From Rhizodiscina lignyota (taxonomy: Eukaryota): a stretch of DNA of 64,000 nucleotides. The notes under the pieces were generated by a model. That model did no database searches, was not told the origin of the DNA, and worked only from the letters and a program-made list of their open reading frames with translations. The DNA is taken from assembly GCA_010015805.1 (NCBI GenBank), contig ML978123.1, forward strand, positions 1,054,001-1,118,000, in the 5' to 3' direction. This document shows positions 58,686 to 64,000 of this stretch, piece by piece. Both the position numbers and the translations under genes were made by a program. Position 1 is the first letter of the stretch. Each line of letters starts with the position of its first letter.

Positions 58686-60955
58686 ATGACACCCTTGCGC
58701 ATCTTGCTGTGTCCTTCTGCACCCTTCTTGCTTCCTCCACGTGCGCTTTTCGCGTTCAGACGCGCCGTAGCAGCAACAGTTGTCCCGAAGAAGGCAAATT
58801 ACACCACCTTTCGTCAGAAGCAAGCTAAGGAAATACCGAAACGAGGAGGGCCACCGCGGAAGAGAGCACATAAGAGTCTTCAACATGAACTAACCGTATC
58901 AAAGATCGCTGATCAAAAGGCTCAAAATGTATGTTTCGAGAACCGAAGTCCCTACTTGTTTCGTCATCTGCTTACATATTCCAGGGCATCGTATATTTCC
59001 GAGACCTACTCTCAACTGAAGATGTGAGCCGAGTTATTGAGGCCTATCCAGAAATCATTCGGAACCCATTTCTGGCCAGGTCAGATACGCGAAAGCTATG
59101 CCAACTCTTACACGAGGCATATCGACAGAAGTCCAATGTTCCTACCGTTGTTGAAACCCTCAAGGCATTCTCTGAATCGATCATTCAAGACTACCAGAAG
59201 GGGAGTCTTCCGCCACATCCAGTGGCCAGTGTCCATTTGTTGTCTTTCCTGAGGGAAAGCAAGCAATATGACAGAGCCTCCGAGCTGTGGTCCTGGCTCG
59301 CAGGACAAAACCAAGACTATGTCTCTCCTCACTTGTACGGCGTTGCCATTGAGATTCAAACCCAGCAAGTTGTCCCACTAGAGAAGCTTGAAGAGCTGTA
59401 TAAGGACGCTTTGAGGCGATTTCCTGGACAATTTCTTGGGTATCATTTCTCGCCAACGGCCATTGTACAAGACCGCTCTCAATTCACGATAATCAAAGGC
59501 CTGTCCAGCACTTTATTGCAAGGAATTTTCACAGCGAGGATTCTCAGTGGAGATTGGATTAATGGATATCTGGCCTTCGACACCGCACTACGACTTTTCC
59601 CGACCCAGGTGCAGCCACGATTCTTCGAGGTACTCCTCTACGAGCGGCCTATGGCTGAAGCTTATCACGCATTCATGGTCGCTTGTCGCGCTGGCATTGT
59701 CCTTTCGCCAAAGGCAACTATACACTTGCTTGGAAAACTCCTCGATGGGCATTTATCGGCTCCCAACGCAGCGATCAACGTGCTGAATGTGATGATAGCG
59801 TATGCCGGAACGCGGAAAAACGCCCCTCTACCCTTTTATTTCGTGGGGATATTCATCAAGGCCATGACGCAGCTAGCACATTCTGTCAAGAACGAAGACG
59901 CGGGATTTGAGCGTGCGACTCGTCAGAGACTGGGGCAGGCCACGTGCAAGATTGTCTTAACCCTGCTGCGCGCTGGTGTTGAACCTAATGCCTCAATTTT
60001 CAACTCACTTCTGAAGATGGCTATGCTATCTGGGCAACCAGAACTACATTGGGAAATCCTTGGGGCCATGAAGGTGCACGAAGTGAAACCAAACGTTCTG
60101 ACGTACAGCGCACTCCTAAACATCATGCTGGCAACAGGAGATTTTGACGAGTTCAAGAGTGCATGGACAGCATATGTTGCGTCGGTAGAGGGGGCTGGCG
60201 AGCAGCTTCCGTTGAAGGAGTGGATAAACTTAGCGAGGGCTGCTGCCGATAGATTTCCAGGATCCGGGCCATCTTTTGTGGAAGAGCAGCTCCTCGCGTT
60301 GAAGCACACTCTAACCGAATTTAAAGAAGAGCTGATTCGGACAAAGCTGCACGAGGATGCAAGGACCTCCGAACCTCAGTCCCAGATGAATGAGACGGAA
60401 AGTTTCCAAGATTCCGGGTCTGTCGAAACATTCATGGATCGACTTCTGGAGAAGGAATCACGATTGAAAGAGACCATGTCTTCAGCGGAGCCACATGATT
60501 TCTACAATATGCCAATGCCTCTGGACCCCTTTATGGACGATGATACTGGAGTCGGAACAGCCAAAGACCAGACTTCCCTGCAACTCCTGGCGGAGCATGT
60601 CGAGAATCTGCGAAAGCTGTATGACGAGCTCACGACTGACCCATATCTCCCGGCTCCGGAGCGTGAAGAGTCAGCCCCTGTGCCACAGAGCAGGACAGGC
60701 TATCCACTGGAAGAGCTTAGATTTCAGAATTGGAAGTCCGTTACTGGTTTGATGCTGCAAGCGGCGCAGTCCGAAAAGGCCGAGGAGATCATCGCTCGGG
60801 CGGGATCGTCCTCGACGGAGACAGCCACGATAACAACAAATAAGACGAACGAGAAGCATTCGGGGCCGTTGCCATGGCCTCGGCTCCGACAACGTATTCT
60901 GGAATTACGCGGATATTCAACCGCTGCGGCTTCGTTGGATCATGAGTATTCGTGA
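58686..60955 (+). CDS. Mitochondrial pentatricopeptide-repeat (PPR) protein (2 exons)
   Basis: Basic, acid-poor presequence; intron 58929..58984 restores the frame; PPR-like motifs PNASIFNSLL...MKVHEVKPNVLTYSALL. Confidence 0.82.
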
Positions 60956-61272
60956 GATACCTTGTATGTCTAGTTCAAAATTGCTGCTGTACAATAGAAG
61001 AAATCATTTTTCCCGCCGTCCCGCAGCGCCGCCGGTGAATGCTTTTTTGGGGATATATGCCCTTGATTGCGCCATCTCCAGCCTCTACACGGCTTGGTCG
61101 CGCCATTACAAGCGGGTTATAAATGAAGACCAACTGCATCGAAAGAATTAAACCGAGAAGCGCCGCCGCCATGATAATGTCCATTGTCAACAAGAAAGCC
61201 CAACACCGGACCGAGATGCTATGCCAAAACAGAGTCTCCTCTTCACGTCCCCTAATCTCGCTGGCTGTGTGA

Positions 61273-61548
61273 CTACGCACCGACAGCAGTCTCCTCTCTC
61301 CTTCCTTCTCTCCATTGTTTCTTCGTCTCCTCAACTTCTGATTCGGACTCGGTGAAGCTCGCGCTGGAGCTGTAGCCAAAGTCTACCGGTGATGGAGGGG
61401 GTGCTGGGGTTTCCCGGATTTCTAACCCTTGTGTCCGGATAGTGAGAGGAAGGGAGGCTTTCAGCGCGGCGGATACGTCATGGCTGAGAGCGCCAGAGCC
61501 AGCGTGGTTGTAGAGCGAGAGACGCTGACGAGGATGGAGGCCAGACAT
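61273..61548 (-). CDS. Small hypothetical protein (91 aa)
   Basis: ATG in ACAATG context after a C/A-rich leader; Pro/Ser/Glu-rich; no recognisable domain. Confidence 0.3.
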   Translation of the reverse strand: MSGLHPRQRLSLYNHAGSGALSHDVSAALKASLPLTIRTQGLEIRETPAPPPSPVDFGYSSSASFTESESEVEETKKQWREGRREETAVGA

Positions 61549-64000
61549 TGTGGGTGGATGGGTTGGATGAGCGAGAGTATAGGACTTCGTGGGCTGTTTC
61601 AGCGGAGTCTTCTGAAGCGACGCGTCTGAGACGATGTCGATGCTGAAGAAAGTCAAGTCGCTCGACGATCTGTTGTTGATATACAAGGCTTGAGTGCGGT
61701 GCACGTCAGAGCCTCAGAAATTTGGTGTGCGTTTGCGGGCTTTCTCAGCAGAGTATGACGACAAGGCAATATTTTGTCCGTCAAACGCGTCACTCCGCTC
61801 CTTTTTAAAATAGTCGTCGGGAAATAAGTTTTCGAGCGAGAAAGGGTTGCAGCTGAGTCACTCTTATGTTAGCTTTAACAAAATTCCGGAAGAGCTCTTC
61901 AGGACCTCGGGGCCCGTCATAATCACTTACAAGAAGTATGCCTGTACACACAGGGCGGATTTTCGTGTCAGAGAGGCGGACCTGGCAGGAAAGATGTCGC
62001 GTGGCAGCTGCAGGTTGTCCGGAGGATTACAGCTGGGTTCAAGGTCTAGCTTTGGGGGTAAAAAGAGATGAGACTGTCTTTCTTGAACTGGAATTTTTGA
62101 AATATTCACGAGAAAATAGTGCGGCCTTGGGGTGCTTATGTACCGTCTGCCTATTCTTCACCGACAAAAGAAATCGTGCAACGAGACTGCCGGTTTTCTG
62201 GACAGACCCCAGCAACGCCATGCACGATGTGCGCAGCACAGCAAATCTGGCTTTGCCGACCCGCACAAGGGGGTGCGTGGCTTTCGTGGGAGAAGATCCA
62301 TCCTTGGATTCCCACGGGGTTGCAGGGTTGTGGCCTTCCTGGACCAACCCGTAAAGGCTTTGGGGGTACGGGTGTGCGGGCATGGAGCATCGTGAAGCTT
62401 CAGAAAACGAAGCACGCCGTGGGAAATGGGGCGCGGTTGGCTGGCGTCGACGGACATTTGCGAGGCTTTGGCGAATGGGATGAAAGCCTGGCCGGAAAGG
62501 AAGCTACTGTATAGTCTATCGCGCCGGTGGAAGGCATGGAAGTCTGGAAGATAGGGCCGAAACTGTGCACCTGTTGATCCTTCCCCCTTTCATACTGAAA
62601 ATTGTTTCTAGGCTGTGGGAGCGAATATTCGGCAGCCTTTCCCACTAGCTTCCCGCGGTACGAGCCTTCCGCGACATGAGTCCTATCCCAAATGCGTGCG
62701 GCTTGTATGCCGATACACAGCGGAAGGGGGCTGCGGCGGACGTGCGAAATGAGGAAACCAACATCTCCCATCTTGACTCGTTTGTGACTGATCCGCCGTG
62801 ATCCATCCGTTTGTGACGAGGCCAATATTGAAAGCATAAATGCGGGTGGATAGAGCTGGAATAGAAGTACTCCCTCCGATGCTATCGGTAGCGAGTCATA
62901 ACCAAAGGGAAGGTGACGAGACTGATACCTCACCAATGCGCAGGTGGTGACAACCACGATAGGACGAGAGCGAATCCGACTGGCGTTCGAATCGAGGTAA
63001 GCATCACTCAAGGCAGCCTTGCATTGGCGCTCGGTACCATGCGACTAAGCGCTGCCTGAGCAGTCGTATTTTCTCTGACCGATTGCCCCGGCCTCCCGAT
63101 GTCTCTCGCTGCTGGTTGTCCCCCAGCCCTGTGGACGGACTACCTATGGAGGCTTGCCTGGAGAAACTCCACGTATATGCTTGCGGCCGCTGACTTCGTA
63201 GGACGGAGAGATTATTGCGTGTCTCACATCGCACACGCGAATTTGCGTCAGGAGTCAAGAGAGTCCCTAAGCGAGTCAGGCCCTAATTCTCCCTCGTAAC
63301 AAAAAGCATTTATCCTTTTTGCAAAATGCGGGAAGTCGTGGAGTTGTGTCGCGACGAAGTCCGCTTCGAAGGGCCGCCCTGCCTTCTGTGCGCTCATGCT
63401 GAGCGACCCCTCGAGAGTGAAAAATTAGCTGACCCCGATGGACGTCAAAAGGGGTGCGGTCGGAAGATGTTTTGCTCGTCAGCCCAAGCGAGAGCATCGC
63501 CGAAAGCTCGATGAGATGTGCTTCAGCCAGTGCCTATTGAGATTGCACAGCATCAGTGACAATAATTCGTCTCGACAGAAGTGACTGCTCATTTCAACAG
63601 CTCAGAAGGCTGTAGTTAGCTTTGGCTCAACTTTTCTGTCACCTCTAGACCCCCCAACCTGGAAAGATTGGCTTTTCCCAAACCCCCCCACGACTGTCGA
63701 TAGGCGGCCTCCTTGCAGGCAAGCTAACTCGGGGAAGTGTGGGAGCATGGAACGGGTGCATCACCCAAACCTCCGGATTCCGGGGGTGCATCCTGAATTG
63801 CCTGATTCGAGAATATTGCTCGAGTGGCTTGAAGTGGAGTTTATTCCCGATCCTCTTTGCTGTGGCTCAATTCCAATGCGCACAATGCAGTCGCCTTATG
63901 TATTCTCTTGCTCATTGTGACAGTGCATTGGGCCGCAATAATCCATGGAGAAAGCAGTGAAAAATGTGATGTTGGTCCTCTGTGACACAGGAGGAAGTGA

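Noticed and set aside
62480..62515. Resemblance to SRP RNA helix 8 (GGCCGGAAAGGAAGC)
   Set aside because: Conserved flanking bases and the rest of the SRP fold are not evident; an Infernal scan would be needed.
61700..64000. Long interval with many short ORFs; considered as telomerase RNA or a hidden gene
   Set aside because: No TAACCCTAA-type template seen and no ORF with motifs or codon bias; probably regulatory DNA for a gene outside the window.

Overview
Gene-dense nuclear DNA from a filamentous ascomycete (Pezizomycotina), with short GT..AG introns carrying CTRAC-type branch points. About 25 protein-coding genes can be supported. Housekeeping genes: APN1, DIM1, RNA15/CstF-64, CFT2/CPSF100, PRE2, CRC1, RAD3/XPD, an LTE1-like RasGEF, a PPR protein, a second mitochondrial carrier and a kelch-repeat membrane protein. 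Catabolic genes: SGNH esterase, amidase, copper amine oxidase, L-amino-acid oxidase, a PLP ammonia-lyase, a MOSC protein and a TDT transporter. I could not recognise any rRNA, tRNA, CRISPR array or intact transposon. The most notable observations are: (1) a membrane/Cys-rich gene whose single TAG interrupts an apparent zinc-finger motif that resumes in frame (stop-correction by A-to-I editing or readthrough, versus RIP/decay); (2) a Pmp3 proteolipid spliced to a 279-aa Glu/Pro tail; (3) two mRNA 3'-processing genes head-to-head; (4) a patatin lacking its catalytic Ser; (5) a 15-bp minisatellite with a RIP-type transition pattern; (6) a decayed tandem paralog with TAG at a Trp-aligned position. 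All exon structures were read by eye and all family calls come from motif recognition, not database searches.
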